Source: an uncultured Clostridia bacterium
GTDB lineage: Bacteria; Bacillota; Clostridia; Oscillospirales; CAG-272
DNA: 59,137 nucleotides
Direction: 5' to 3'
Assembly (NCBI GenBank): GCA_937875545.1
Contig: CALLYE010000122.1
Location: forward strand, 1 to 59,137
Both the position numbers and the translations under genes were made by a program. A model generated the notes under the pieces. The model did not search any database, was not told the origin of the DNA, and was given only the letters and a program-made list of their open reading frames with translations. Positions 26,767 through 37,301 of this stretch are shown in pieces (within the stretch, counting starts at the first letter, position 1; each line of letters opens with the position of its first letter).

Positions 26767-27594
26767 ATGGACTTTTTTAGTATAATTGGCTTGATCGCAG
26801 GGGTTTTTGTGCTGGTACAGGGCATTTTGTCCAATGGTACTCTTCGGGCATTCTATGACCTGGGCTCCATCTATATTACCGTCGGCGGAACCATCACCGC
26901 GCTGATTGTAAACTTTCCGTTAAAAAACCTCAAATTGGTGTTCCCCGCCATCGGAAAAGCCTTGTTTTCTAAACCCGATAAACCGGAAGATAGCATTAAT
27001 GTGATTGTCGAACTGGCAGAGCACGCCAGAAAAAACGGCCTCATTTCATTGGAAGAAAAGGTTAAGGAGTATAAAAACGAATTTTTACAAAAAGGAATTA
27101 TGTCCATTATCGACACACATGATTCCGAAAAAGTTCGCGATATACTCGAAACACAGCTTTCTTACATAGAGGACAGACACGCGCAGGTACATACGATCCT
27201 GGAAAAAGGAGCTTCCTACGGACCGGCTTTCGGTATGATAGGAACCCTGATCGGGCTTATCAACATGCTGAAAGATTTAAGTAAAGACATGACTCAATTA
27301 GGTCCGAACATGTCAGTCGCGCTGGTTACAACCTTCTACGGCTCTGTTTTAGCGAACGTGATTTTTCTGCCTTTGGCGGGTAAGCTGAAAATACAGAGCG
27401 AGAACGAAATTTTCTGCAAGCAGCTTATTATCGAAGGTGTGATTGCTATTCAAGCGGGAGAAAATCCCCGACTTATCAGAGAAAGACTTTCGGGCAATCT
27501 TTCATCGGGAGCGAGAAAGAAAGGTCAAAAAAGAACGCCAAAAATAAATAACGAAAATCAGTCAAAAAATCCGAATAACACACCTAAGCGATAA
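26767..27594 (+). CDS. motA: Flagellar stator protein MotA
   Basis: MotA/TolQ/ExbB channel motifs (GPAFGMIGTLIGLI, ALVTTFYGSVLAN). Lys/Asn-rich C-terminal tail. Confidence 0.9.
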   Translation: MDFFSIIGLIAGVFVLVQGILSNGTLRAFYDLGSIYITVGGTITALIVNFPLKNLKLVFPAIGKALFSKPDKPEDSINVIVELAEHARKNGLISLEEKVKEYKNEFLQKGIMSIIDTHDSEKVRDILETQLSYIEDRHAQVHTILEKGASYGPAFGMIGTLIGLINMLKDLSKDMTQLGPNMSVALVTTFYGSVLANVIFLPLAGKLKIQSENEIFCKQLIIEGVIAIQAGENPRLIRERLSGNLSSGARKKGQKRTPKINNENQSKNPNNTPKR

Positions 27595-27630
27595 TAATTT
27601 ACGACGGAGCAGAGGAGGGAAAGTATAATC

Positions 27631-28434
27631 ATGAGAAAACGTAAACCGAAGGATAGCGTAAATACCAACGAGTGGATGAATACATATGCGGATACCGTTA
27701 CCCTTTTATTATGTTTTTTTATACTGTTGTTCTCTTCTTCTACAATGAATGAAGCTAAATGGAAACAGATCGTCATAGCCTTAACAGGTAAATGGGGCGA
27801 TACCGAGATCACCGAGCCCAGAGGAAAAACAGACGATATCCCCGATACGCCTATTCCGGAGATACCGGATATAGAATTTCCAGAAACGGGTGATAAACAG
27901 GAACCCGGCGCCTCGCCTTCGGAGCCGGACAGCACAAAAGTTGACTTAACACCCAACGACAGGCTATACGAAACTATCAGGGGTTATATAGATGATCAAA
28001 ACCTCACCTCAAAAGTGGAGCTTATCAAAAGCGAACGAACCGTTACCCTGAGGTTCAAAGACTCTATACTGTTTGATCCGGACAGCGCGGTACTGCGCGC
28101 CGACGGCAAGCAGATTTTAGCGGACGTATGCGATATCTTAAAGAGATCCATCGAACAGATTCAAATGATTCACATAGAAGGCCATACTGCCAGCAGACCC
28201 AGCGGACAGCCGGAATTTCCTAATAGTTTCGAATTTTCGACCCTGCGGGCGGTTAATGTGTTGGATTATGCCATGCTGACGGCGGGGATTGATCGAATGA
28301 AATTATCCGCCGTCGGATATGGACAATATCACCCGATAGCCGATAACGACACCGAAGAGGGAAGGACCGCCAACCGCAGGGTGGAAATCATCGTCACCAG
28401 TCTGCTCCCGCCGGGTAATGACGAAAATGCATAA
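27631..28434 (+). CDS. motB: Flagellar stator protein MotB (OmpA-like C-terminus)
   Basis: WMNTYADTVTLLLCFFILLF TM segment with the conserved Asp. C-terminal OmpA-like peptidoglycan-binding domain (NRRVEI). Confidence 0.9.
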   Translation: MRKRKPKDSVNTNEWMNTYADTVTLLLCFFILLFSSSTMNEAKWKQIVIALTGKWGDTEITEPRGKTDDIPDTPIPEIPDIEFPETGDKQEPGASPSEPDSTKVDLTPNDRLYETIRGYIDDQNLTSKVELIKSERTVTLRFKDSILFDPDSAVLRADGKQILADVCDILKRSIEQIQMIHIEGHTASRPSGQPEFPNSFEFSTLRAVNVLDYAMLTAGIDRMKLSAVGYGQYHPIADNDTEEGRTANRRVEIIVTSLLPPGNDENA

Positions 28435-28451
28435 CGGTAAGAGGATAATTT

Positions 28452-29432
28452 ATGAAGGATGTACTTGACCAATCCCAGATTGACGCGCTTTTTAACGATA
28501 TATTGGGCGGTAAGGTAGAATTAGAAAAAAGCGTACCGGGTAAGCAAAAAAAAGTGACAGATTATGATTTTCGCATTCCGAAAAAGGTGACGAAAGATCA
28601 ATGGCGTACCCTGTTGAGCGTCTTTGAAATATATTCCCGCCATCTTTCCTCTTATCTGACGGGAACGCTGAGGACATACTCTCAGGTGGAAGTATCATCC
28701 ATTGAAGAAACCAAATATTATGAATACGCCAATTCATTGTCGGAAACCGCCATGCTGGGTATTTTGAATTTTAATCCCATAGAAGGCTCGGTAATTATGG
28801 AATTTTCAAAAGATCTTGCCTTCATTACCATTGACAAGCTTCTTGGAGGAACAGGCAACAGCGGCATCGTTGCAGATAGGGAATATTCCGACATAGAGAT
28901 CGCGCTGCTTGAAAGGATGTACAGAAACATCATCCCTTTTCTGCGTGATGCATGGACAAATGTGGTTGATATAAATCCGGAATTTGAAAGATTTGAAACA
29001 AAAAATGGCGTCAGCCGCATGATGCACTTAAATGACATCGTGGTTATCATCGTTTTAAACGTTAAAGTGCGGAACGTAACGGGCTCCGTCACTATATGCA
29101 TTCCATACGACTCGCTTGATTCCATCAACGATAAGCTGTCCGTCAGATATCGGGTAAACGAAAGAGCCAAAAATGCATTGGACGCGAAAACCACAAAGCA
29201 ATCTATCTTTTCACAAATGAACAAATCCGGTGTGGATGTAACCGCCGTTTTAGGCGAGACGACGGTGTATTTACGGGATCTTCTAAACTTGGAGCCAGGC
29301 GATGTAATAAGGCTGAACCGGAAACAGCAGGATCTCGCAAAACTTACGATAAATAATAAAACATGGTTTTATGGACGGCTGGGTGTGCTTAACAACATTA
29401 AAGCCGTTGAAATAGTTAAAAGTGTGGAATGA
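28452..29432 (+). CDS. fliM: Flagellar motor switch protein FliM
   Basis: N-terminal LDQSQIDALF CheY-P-binding motif. FliM middle and C-terminal domains. Confidence 0.93.
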   Translation: MKDVLDQSQIDALFNDILGGKVELEKSVPGKQKKVTDYDFRIPKKVTKDQWRTLLSVFEIYSRHLSSYLTGTLRTYSQVEVSSIEETKYYEYANSLSETAMLGILNFNPIEGSVIMEFSKDLAFITIDKLLGGTGNSGIVADREYSDIEIALLERMYRNIIPFLRDAWTNVVDINPEFERFETKNGVSRMMHLNDIVVIIVLNVKVRNVTGSVTICIPYDSLDSINDKLSVRYRVNERAKNALDAKTTKQSIFSQMNKSGVDVTAVLGETTVYLRDLLNLEPGDVIRLNRKQQDLAKLTINNKTWFYGRLGVLNNIKAVEIVKSVE

Positions 29433-29449
29433 GGAAAAGGACGGAATAA

Positions 29450-30517
29450 ATGATGCAGGACGACATGCGCATAAATTCGCAGGCGGACGGAGAAATCAAG
29501 CTCTCCGACATGGAGATTGACGCGCTCGGAGAATCTGTAAATATCAGCATGGGAGCCGCTGCAAAAGCTTTGTCAACCATTCTGAATTTAAAAGTTAATA
29601 TTACCACGCCTACGGTGTCGGTCGGCCACAGCCGGGACTGCGAATATAATAATATGGTTCCGGCTGTGGGCGTTAAGATAAATTATATGGATGGTTTGTC
29701 AGGAACCAACTTTTTTGTCATCAGACAGAAGGATGTTAAAGTCATCGTTAATATGATGATGGGTTCCGATGAGGAGGACGACGGTTCTCCCATGACAGAG
29801 ATGTATATCAGCGGCATATCCGAGGTTATGAATCAGATGATGGGTTCGTCCGCTACCGCGCTGTCCATGTTTTTCAATAAAAAAATCGGCATTTCCACAC
29901 CCGATTGTATTCTGATGGAAGGAAGTATGAAGGCGAACGAAGCGCTCGGCTATGACGGTTATATAGCCAACATCCGGTTCAGACTTACGATCGGCGACAT
30001 TATCGACAGCGAAATGATTAATATCATGCCCATCGCGTTCGCCAAAAATTTAGCGCACAATCTTGTAAACAGTTTGGGAGAGATGGATATGGTCGGAGAA
30101 CAAAGCGAGATACCCGCCGCTGCTTTCCCGGTCAGTCAGCCGCCGGTCAGACAGACACCGCGGATACCGGACGCGGAACAAAACACTGTATCGTCAGCGA
30201 AACAGCAAGCACCCTCTTATGCACCCGCCGTATTTGCCGACCTGACGCCTCCGTCACCTGCCGGGAAGTCCGCGCTGGCAAATCTGAATATCATCATGGA
30301 TGTTCCGCTCGAAGTGGTTGTTCAGATCGGAAAAACAAGAAAACCGATTTCTGAAATACTGGAGTTTACACAAGGAACCATTGTCGAACTGGACAAGCAG
30401 GCAGGAGATCCGGTGGACATTATTGTCAACGGAGAGCTGATTGCCAAAGGCGACGTGGTGGTCATCGACGATAACTTCGGAGTGCGGATAACGCAAATAG
30501 TTAATACAGTAAAATAA
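29450..30517 (+). CDS. fliY: Flagellar motor switch phosphatase FliY (CheC-like plus FliN domain)
   Basis: EIDALGESVNISMGAAAKALS CheC-type motif. C-terminal FliN/SpoA domain (DVPLEVVVQIGKT...GVRITQI). Confidence 0.9.
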   Translation: MMQDDMRINSQADGEIKLSDMEIDALGESVNISMGAAAKALSTILNLKVNITTPTVSVGHSRDCEYNNMVPAVGVKINYMDGLSGTNFFVIRQKDVKVIVNMMMGSDEEDDGSPMTEMYISGISEVMNQMMGSSATALSMFFNKKIGISTPDCILMEGSMKANEALGYDGYIANIRFRLTIGDIIDSEMINIMPIAFAKNLAHNLVNSLGEMDMVGEQSEIPAAAFPVSQPPVRQTPRIPDAEQNTVSSAKQQAPSYAPAVFADLTPPSPAGKSALANLNIIMDVPLEVVVQIGKTRKPISEILEFTQGTIVELDKQAGDPVDIIVNGELIAKGDVVVIDDNFGVRITQIVNTVK

Positions 30518-30543
30518 ATAAAATATATTTAAGAGGTACTTTT

Positions 30544-30906
30544 ATGGGACATAAAGTTTTGGTCGTTGATGATGCCAGCTTTATGAGAATGATGATCAAA
30601 AATATTCTTTTGAAAAATTCTTTTGAGGTCGCGGGCGAAGCCGCCGACGGTCTGCAGGCTGTTGAAATGTATAAGGCGACACAACCCGACGCGGTTCTTC
30701 TCGATGTAACCATGCCGCAAATGGACGGGCTGCAGGCATTGATCGAAATTAAAAAATTCGATCCCAACGCCAAGGTTATTATGTGTTCGGCGATGGGTCA
30801 GGAATCAATGGTAATCGAAGCAATAAAATCCGGTGCGCTGGACTTTATTGTAAAGCCGTTCCAGCCGGAAAGAATTATTAAAACGCTTCAAAAGCTGTTG
30901 GATTAA
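30544..30906 (+). CDS. cheY: Chemotaxis response regulator CheY
   Basis: 120-aa single receiver domain (VLVVDDASFMR, LLDVTMPQMDG, DFIVKPF). Confidence 0.9.
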   Translation: MGHKVLVVDDASFMRMMIKNILLKNSFEVAGEAADGLQAVEMYKATQPDAVLLDVTMPQMDGLQALIEIKKFDPNAKVIMCSAMGQESMVIEAIKSGALDFIVKPFQPERIIKTLQKLLD

Positions 30907-30950
30907 TCAAAGTTATCGTAAATTGCAATCCGTAAAGCAGGTGGTTATTC

Positions 30951-31358
30951 GTGCCCGAGTTATATTGGCAGCTTATTTTTTCGCTGCTTGGCGTAGTACT
31001 TGTATTAATACTGACTTTTATAGCCACCAAATGGATTGCTAAGCGATACGCTGGCGCTGCGGGGTCAGGCGGTAAAAGCGCCGCGAAAATGCAAGTTCTG
31101 GATCGTATGACGCTGGGGAAAGATCAATATATCCTGATCGCGAAAATTTATGGCGGGATATACATGATCGGTGTAAGCGGTCACCAAATCACGCTGCTTA
31201 AAGATTTAAGCGAATGCGATCAGGCTCAGTTTGAGCAGTCCCCCCATGCGGCGGAAAGTTTTTCATCCACGCTGCTCTCCGCGATGAAGCAGCGGTATGG
31301 GCAGATGAAAGACCATTTCGGGAAAGTAAATAATAAAGAGGATAGCGATGACAAATGA
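30951..31358 (+). CDS. fliO: Flagellar biosynthesis protein FliO/FliZ
   Basis: 135 aa, GTG start, single N-terminal TM. Overlaps the fliP start by 4 nt. Confidence 0.7.
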   Translation: MPELYWQLIFSLLGVVLVLILTFIATKWIAKRYAGAAGSGGKSAAKMQVLDRMTLGKDQYILIAKIYGGIYMIGVSGHQITLLKDLSECDQAQFEQSPHAAESFSSTLLSAMKQRYGQMKDHFGKVNNKEDSDDK

Positions 31359-32113
31359 GCTTACGGAGCGTTAAGTATGCAATATCGGCGGCATTAATAG
31401 CAAGTTTGCTGACACTGCCCGCAAACGCCGAAAGTGTCCCGGGGCTGAACATCAGCATCACCGATGGCAGCGGAAACAGCCCCGCAGGTTCGCAAACTCT
31501 CTGGATATTGTTTATCCTTACTATTATAAGCCTTCTGCCTTCCATCGTCCTGATGATGACCTCGTTTACCAGAATCACCATTGTATTTTCTTTTGTTCGT
31601 AACGGACTGGGGCTTCAGCAGACGCCGCCGAACCAGATTCTGATCGGACTGTCGTTGTTTTTAACACTGTTTATCATGACACCGACTATGATGCAGATCA
31701 ATCAGGAGGCGTATCAGCCATTCAGCGAAGGTAAAATCACGCAGGAAGAAGCTTTCACAGCCGCGATGAAACCCATGCGTACATTTATGCTGAAACAAAC
31801 CAACACGCAGGAAATGAGGATGTTCCTTTCTTTTTCGGGAAAGGATGAAGTCGAAAGCTACGATGATATTCCCACCGAGGCTCTGATCCCCGCTTTCATT
31901 CTCAGCGAGCTGAAAAAGGCTTTTATCATGGGCTTTTTGATCCTCATACCGTTTTTAATCATCGATATGGTGGTGGCAAGCACATTGATGTCGATGGGAA
32001 TGATTATGGTGCCGCCCGCGATGATTTCGCTGCCGTTTAAACTCATATTGTTTGTGGTGGTGGACGGTTGGAATTTAGTGGTTAAGACGTTGGTCATGAG
32101 TTTTACAACGTAA
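31355..32113 (+). CDS. fliP: Flagellar export apparatus protein FliP
   Basis: SLLPSIVLMMTSFTRITIVFSFVRNGLGLQQTPPNQ motif. Confidence 0.95.
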   Translation: MSLRSVKYAISAALIASLLTLPANAESVPGLNISITDGSGNSPAGSQTLWILFILTIISLLPSIVLMMTSFTRITIVFSFVRNGLGLQQTPPNQILIGLSLFLTLFIMTPTMMQINQEAYQPFSEGKITQEEAFTAAMKPMRTFMLKQTNTQEMRMFLSFSGKDEVESYDDIPTEALIPAFILSELKKAFIMGFLILIPFLIIDMVVASTLMSMGMIMVPPAMISLPFKLILFVVVDGWNLVVKTLVMSFTT

Positions 32114-32188
32114 TAATTCGCTAAAACAATATAAAATAGCGCCTGTCGAATAAATTCAATGGCGTTTTGAAAAAGGGGTGTGTAAAGA

Positions 32189-32458
32189 ATGACTTCGGAA
32201 AAAGTAATATCTCTGTTGACCGACGCCCTGATGACGGGGCTGAAAATATCCGCGCCTCTGCTGCTTGCCAGCGTTATCGTGGGTTTAATCATCTCGATTT
32301 TTCAAGCAGCCACACAGGTAAATGAACAGACCATGACCTTCGTTCCGAAAATTATCGCCATTGCTCTTGTGCTGATTATTTTAGGGCCTTGGATGATGAG
32401 CACCATGATGGATTATTTTAACCGCACCATGGCGGTTATTTTGGAAGTTTTGAAATAG
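32189..32458 (+). CDS. fliQ: Flagellar export apparatus protein FliQ
   Basis: 89 aa. ISIFQAATQVNEQTMTFVPKI motif. Confidence 0.93.
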   Translation: MTSEKVISLLTDALMTGLKISAPLLLASVIVGLIISIFQAATQVNEQTMTFVPKIIAIALVLIILGPWMMSTMMDYFNRTMAVILEVLK

Positions 32459-32482
32459 TAATAGTTTGATTTGGGGAATTCC

Positions 32483-33253
32483 ATGCTGTCGTCGATATTC
32501 AATACATATCAATTATTTTTGTTGATTCTGATAAGAATGAGCGGCGCGATTCTGTTAAACCCCATACTCGGAAGGCGAAACATACCCAACCTTGTGAAGG
32601 CAGGCATGACATTCGGGTTAGCGGCGGCTCTGACAGCGTCGACCACCGTTGCCGTCCCAACTTTTACCTCGGTTTTAGATTTTATCTTTAAGGCTCTGAT
32701 AGAATTTGCGGTCGGATATACCATATCGATGATTATGAACCTGTTTCTTTCCACTATATTAATGGCGGCGGAGCTGATTGACATGCAGATGGGAATCGGC
32801 ATGTCAAAAGTGTTTGATCCCAGCAGCAATCTGTCGTCGCCTGTCAGCGGTTCGGTTTACAATGCGTTTTTCATCCTCCTGTTCTTTGCTTCCGACGGTC
32901 ACATAACCCTGTTTAAGCTGCTGTCCGACTCTGTCACCGCCATTCCCTGCGGTTCCGCGATAAAATTATCAAGAGCGGCGCTGGCTGTTGCGGGTATGAT
33001 GGGCTCCGCTTTAACGCTGTCGTTAAAATTCGCCCTGCCCATCGTGGCTATCGAATTTATTTCCGAGGTGGGGCTGGGGGTATTGACCCGCGCTGTCCCT
33101 CACGTCAATGTGTTTTCGGTAGGCGTTCAATTGAAGCTGGTTGTGGGTCTGTTGGTGCTCGTGATCTTAGCCCCGCTCTTCGGCGGCTTCTGCGACAGCC
33201 TGTATATAAAAATGTTTACCGAGATATCCGGTGCTATCAGACAAATGATGTAG
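32483..33253 (+). CDS. fliR: Flagellar export apparatus protein FliR
   Basis: Polytopic ~256 aa following fliQ. The ATG at 32483 is preferred over the TTG at 32471. Confidence 0.88.
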   Translation: MLSSIFNTYQLFLLILIRMSGAILLNPILGRRNIPNLVKAGMTFGLAAALTASTTVAVPTFTSVLDFIFKALIEFAVGYTISMIMNLFLSTILMAAELIDMQMGIGMSKVFDPSSNLSSPVSGSVYNAFFILLFFASDGHITLFKLLSDSVTAIPCGSAIKLSRAALAVAGMMGSALTLSLKFALPIVAIEFISEVGLGVLTRAVPHVNVFSVGVQLKLVVGLLVLVILAPLFGGFCDSLYIKMFTEISGAIRQMM

Positions 33254-33278
33254 GCGCAGACCGTTTCCATATGGGGAG

Positions 33279-34349
33279 GTGAGTTCCTTGGCAGGCGAAA
33301 GAACAGAAAAAGCGACGCCCAAAAAACGTGAGGACGAACGAAAAAAGGGCAATATATTTCAAAGCCGGGACATTACCATCGCACTCAGCCTGCTGATTAT
33401 GTTTGTTTCTCTGCGCCTGATGGGCGGGTATCTGTACAACTTTTTACAGCAGATCATGGTCCGTTTTATGTCGGGCTTTAATAATATACCGGAAATCCGT
33501 TTCGACAGCATGACGCAGTTGTCCGTATATGTTTTAAGCCGCGTTTTAATTTTAGTACTGCCTTTATTATTAATCTCAGCATTGTCTTCTTTTATATTAA
33601 CCGGTCTTCAAACACGTTTTAATCTCAGTAAAGAAAACATTGCCTTTAAATTCAGCCGCCTTAACCCCTTAAACGGATTGAAAAAAACTTTTTCTGTAAA
33701 AGCGCTTTTTCAACTGATAAAATCCTTAGCCGTGATAGCGGTAATCGGCTATGTGATTTATGTAAATATTAAAGATTTTTCATACACGCTCGGTAAATTT
33801 TATATTATGCCGCCGGCGCAATCCGTTTCATATATAGCATCACAGGTTTTCTCCATCTTTATTAAGGTCAGCGGAGTTATTTTAGCCATAGGCGCTGTCG
33901 ACTATTTTGTACAATGGTGGCAATACGAAAAAAGCCTGCGGATGAGCAAAGAGGAGATTAAAGAAGAATTTAAGCAGACGGAAGGCGACCCGATCATCAA
34001 GTCCGCTATTCGCAGCCGCCAGAGAAGACTGGTTCGTATGCGGATGATGCAGCGGGTGCCGAAAGCGGATGTCGTCATCGTCAACCCCGAGCATTACGCG
34101 GTGGCGCTGCGTTATGACGAAAAAGAGAACCGCTCGCCGGTTGTCATAGCGAAAGGCAGAGATTATGTCGCCTTAAAAATTAAAGAAATTGCCGCCCAGC
34201 ATAATATCCGTATCGAAGAAAACCCGCCGTTAGCACGGGCTTTATTCAAAGCGGTGGAGATAGATGAGGAAATTCCGGCGGAGTTCTATCAGGCGGTCGC
34301 GGAAATATTATCGTATGTTTACAGTATCAGACGAAAGCAAGCAAACTGA
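33279..34349 (+). CDS. flhB: Flagellar export switch protein FlhB
   Basis: AGERTEKATPKKREDERKKG N-terminus. Autocleavage-site variant NPEH (residues 269-272). Confidence 0.93.
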   Translation: MSSLAGERTEKATPKKREDERKKGNIFQSRDITIALSLLIMFVSLRLMGGYLYNFLQQIMVRFMSGFNNIPEIRFDSMTQLSVYVLSRVLILVLPLLLISALSSFILTGLQTRFNLSKENIAFKFSRLNPLNGLKKTFSVKALFQLIKSLAVIAVIGYVIYVNIKDFSYTLGKFYIMPPAQSVSYIASQVFSIFIKVSGVILAIGAVDYFVQWWQYEKSLRMSKEEIKEEFKQTEGDPIIKSAIRSRQRRLVRMRMMQRVPKADVVIVNPEHYAVALRYDEKENRSPVVIAKGRDYVALKIKEIAAQHNIRIEENPPLARALFKAVEIDEEIPAEFYQAVAEILSYVYSIRRKQAN

Positions 34350-34366
34350 CGAGGGATGGATAGTCA

Positions 34367-36403
34367 ATGAAATGGTTTAACAATTTACTGGCGATATTCG
34401 TCGTAGGCATCGTCCTGCTCATAATCATCCCGCTGCCGGCGAATTTGCTTGACGGTGTCATCGTATTCAACCTCTGCATTTCGCTTGTGATCATGCTTAT
34501 CACCATGTATACCAAGGATGTGCTGGAATTCTCCGCTTTTCCGTCGCTGCTGCTGATCACCACATTATTACGCGTGGGTCTTAACGTTTCTTCCACCCGT
34601 CTGATCCTGTCCAACGGCGGAAAAGCCGGTCGTGTTATCGAAACCTTCGGTAAATTTGTTATCGGAAACAACCCGGTCGTCGGTTTAGTTGTTTTCGTCA
34701 TCATTGTAGTTATTCAGTTTGTCGTTATCACTAAAGGCGCCGAACGCGTGTCGGAGGTGGCGGCACGTTTTACCCTCGACGCAATGCCCGGTAAACAGAT
34801 GGCTATCGACGCCGATTTGAGCGCCGGTATAATCGATGAAGCCACCGCCACCGAACGCAGGAAAAAGATCCAGCGCAACGCGGACTTTTACGGCGCGATG
34901 GACGGCGCGTCAAAGTTTGTCAAAGGCGACGCTATTGTGTCGATTGTTGTAATATTCGTCAACATCATCGGCGGCACGATTGTGGGTCTTATGAACGGTC
35001 AAGCCGACATTTTAACCATACTTAAAACATATACCATAGCCACGATCGGCGATGGGCTGGTGTCGCAGCTCCCCGCTCTGATGATATCTACCGCTACCGG
35101 TCTTATTGTAACCAGATCCGCTTCAGAAAACAGTTTGAGCTACGAGCTGAGCAGCCAGCTTGTTTCACAACCGGTCGTGCTTATGATAGCGGGCGGCGCG
35201 ATGGGAGTTTTCAGTCTTGTTCCCGGTATGCCGTGGCAGATCATGCTTCTTATCGGCGGAATGTTTTTCTTCACCGGTTTTAAACTGAAAGACAGCGGAG
35301 TGCCCGCCTCCGAACCGGATACAATCGAGCTTCCCGAAAGCGAAACCGATTTTTACCGGAACATTGATAATGTATACACCCTGTTATCGGTGGATCAGCT
35401 TGAAATGGAATTCGGATACAGTATTATACAGCTCATTGACGAAGCCAGCGGCGGCAGTTTTGTAGACCGTCTTGTACTCTTCCGAAAGCAGTTCGCCATA
35501 GATTATGGCATGGTGGTTCCTTCCATTAGATTAAAAGATAATATCAGTTTATCACCCGGCGAATATTCCGTTAAAATAAAAGGGGAAGAAGTCGCCAGGG
35601 GAGAAGTGTTAACCGATCATTATCTGGCTATGATTCCGGGCGACGAAGAGCTGCCGGAGATTGATGGCATCGATGTGCTGGACCCGGCTTTCGGAACCGA
35701 GGCAAAATGGATTACCGCCGATGTTGCGGATGACGCGAAAGTATTCGGCTATACAGTCATCGACGCATTGACAGTGATAATCACTCACTTATCGGAAATC
35801 ATCAAGCAGCACGCGCATGAACTGCTTTCCAGACAAGACGTCAGCCTGTTATTGGAGAATGTAAAAAAGACCAATAAAGAGTTGGTGGGAGAGGTTATCC
35901 CCGGCGTCATTTCCATGGGCGATTTGCAGAAGATTCTGGGCAATCTGCTTAAAGAACAGCTTCCTATAAAAGATATGGTAACAATACTCGAAACCATCGG
36001 CGATTATGGTTCTGTGACAAAAGACACCGACATGCTGACCGAATATGTCAGGCAGGCATTTAAACGCACTATCACCCGCATGTATGTGAAGGACAATCAA
36101 ATCACGGTGATCGCTCTGGATCAGGAAGTGGAAAAGAGCATCATGGCGTCAGTCCGAAAAACCGATCACGGTTCATATGTTGCCATGCAGCCGGGTATGA
36201 TGCAGAAAATCGTCACCTCACTGATCAGCGAGATGAAAAAGCTGGGTAATTATCAAAACGGTACGGTGGTGCTGACTTCACCAGTAGTCAGATTTTATTT
36301 CAAAAAGATGACCGAGCAGTTTCTGCCTGAAATAACGGTATTGTCTTTTAATGAAATAGAAACCAACGTTCAGGTAACCGCGGCGGCTACCGTAACCCTT
36401 TGA
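34367..36403 (+). CDS. flhA: Flagellar export gate protein FlhA
   Basis: 678 aa. FHIPEP motifs (RVSEVAARFTLDAMPGKQMAIDADL) and the cytoplasmic C-domain. Confidence 0.95.
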   Translation: MKWFNNLLAIFVVGIVLLIIIPLPANLLDGVIVFNLCISLVIMLITMYTKDVLEFSAFPSLLLITTLLRVGLNVSSTRLILSNGGKAGRVIETFGKFVIGNNPVVGLVVFVIIVVIQFVVITKGAERVSEVAARFTLDAMPGKQMAIDADLSAGIIDEATATERRKKIQRNADFYGAMDGASKFVKGDAIVSIVVIFVNIIGGTIVGLMNGQADILTILKTYTIATIGDGLVSQLPALMISTATGLIVTRSASENSLSYELSSQLVSQPVVLMIAGGAMGVFSLVPGMPWQIMLLIGGMFFFTGFKLKDSGVPASEPDTIELPESETDFYRNIDNVYTLLSVDQLEMEFGYSIIQLIDEASGGSFVDRLVLFRKQFAIDYGMVVPSIRLKDNISLSPGEYSVKIKGEEVARGEVLTDHYLAMIPGDEELPEIDGIDVLDPAFGTEAKWITADVADDAKVFGYTVIDALTVIITHLSEIIKQHAHELLSRQDVSLLLENVKKTNKELVGEVIPGVISMGDLQKILGNLLKEQLPIKDMVTILETIGDYGSVTKDTDMLTEYVRQAFKRTITRMYVKDNQITVIALDQEVEKSIMASVRKTDHGSYVAMQPGMMQKIVTSLISEMKKLGNYQNGTVVLTSPVVRFYFKKMTEQFLPEITVLSFNEIETNVQVTAAATVTL

Positions 36404-36452
36404 TTTTATACGGTGTTATAAAACATTTCTCGGACAAAGGAGGTATGCCCGT

Positions 36453-37238
36453 ATGACGGGAGCGGTTAAAAAAGCGGCCGGCTTTCAAAAAACGCCTGTT
36501 TCGGATGCCGATTTATGGACGAGGTATAAAGAAACGGGCGACACGCATACGCGTAACGAGCTGGTTTTACGGTACAGTCATTTAGTGGAGATAATAGCCC
36601 GTAAAATGTCACGCGCTTTTTACGGCAAAGCGCAGCTTGAGGATATTATCAGCAATGGGATGGTCGCTTTGATAAAAGTGATCGAAGGATACGACCCGAC
36701 GCGTGAGATAAAATTTGAAACATACGCCTCCCCGCGTATTCGCGGCTCGGTTATAGATTATATCCGAAGCCAGGACTGGGTACCGCGTTCCGTCAGAGAT
36801 AAAGCCAGCCAGATTGAAGGCGCTTATACTAAACTTCGCGGCGTACTTCCACGCGAGCCTACCGCTTCGGACATAGCGGCGCTGTTAAACCTCGAGCAGG
36901 AAGAAGTAGAAACCATTATGAACGAATCCCATATCTTCCAGTTGATTTCTTTCGAGGAGATATTATCAGACCAGCTTCAAACAGACGATAAGGAAAACGA
37001 GGACAACCTTTCCCCTCACGCATTGCTGTTACATAAAGAGCTGGGAACAGTACTTGCGCGGGCGATTGATAAATTGACGGATAAGCAGCGGACAGTCATT
37101 TCTTTGTTTTATTACGAAGGCTTAAAAGTAAAAGAAATATCAGAGGTAATGGGTATCAGTTCCCCACGTGTGTGCCAGCTTCATTCGACTGCCTTAATGA
37201 ATCTAAAAGCCGATCTGAAGCAATACGCCGAAGATTGA
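36453..37238 (+). CDS. fliA: Flagellar sigma factor FliA/SigD (sigma-28)
   Basis: 261 aa. Region 2 (LVEIIARKM..., IEGYDP) and region 4.2 HTH (ISEVMGISSPRVCQLHSTAL). Confidence 0.9.
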   Translation: MTGAVKKAAGFQKTPVSDADLWTRYKETGDTHTRNELVLRYSHLVEIIARKMSRAFYGKAQLEDIISNGMVALIKVIEGYDPTREIKFETYASPRIRGSVIDYIRSQDWVPRSVRDKASQIEGAYTKLRGVLPREPTASDIAALLNLEQEEVETIMNESHIFQLISFEEILSDQLQTDDKENEDNLSPHALLLHKELGTVLARAIDKLTDKQRTVISLFYYEGLKVKEISEVMGISSPRVCQLHSTALMNLKADLKQYAED

Positions 37239-37301
37239 TAAATCAATAAAAAGACAGGTCTGGAAACAACTTGAAAAATTAAAGAAGGGCGCGGTCATAA
37301 T

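Noticed and set aside
32114-32188. A small hairpin (gcgcc...ggcgt plus tttt) between fliP and fliQ as an internal terminator.
   Set aside because: It has only a 5-bp stem with a G-U pair and a 17-nt loop. The export-gate genes on either side need co-expression, so it is probably not functional.
34083-34094. The FlhB autocleavage site reads NPEH instead of the canonical NPTH.
   Set aside because: The Asn-Pro scissile pair and the His are retained at residues 269-272. The Thr-to-Glu change is probably a tolerated lineage variant, and its rarity cannot be judged without an alignment.
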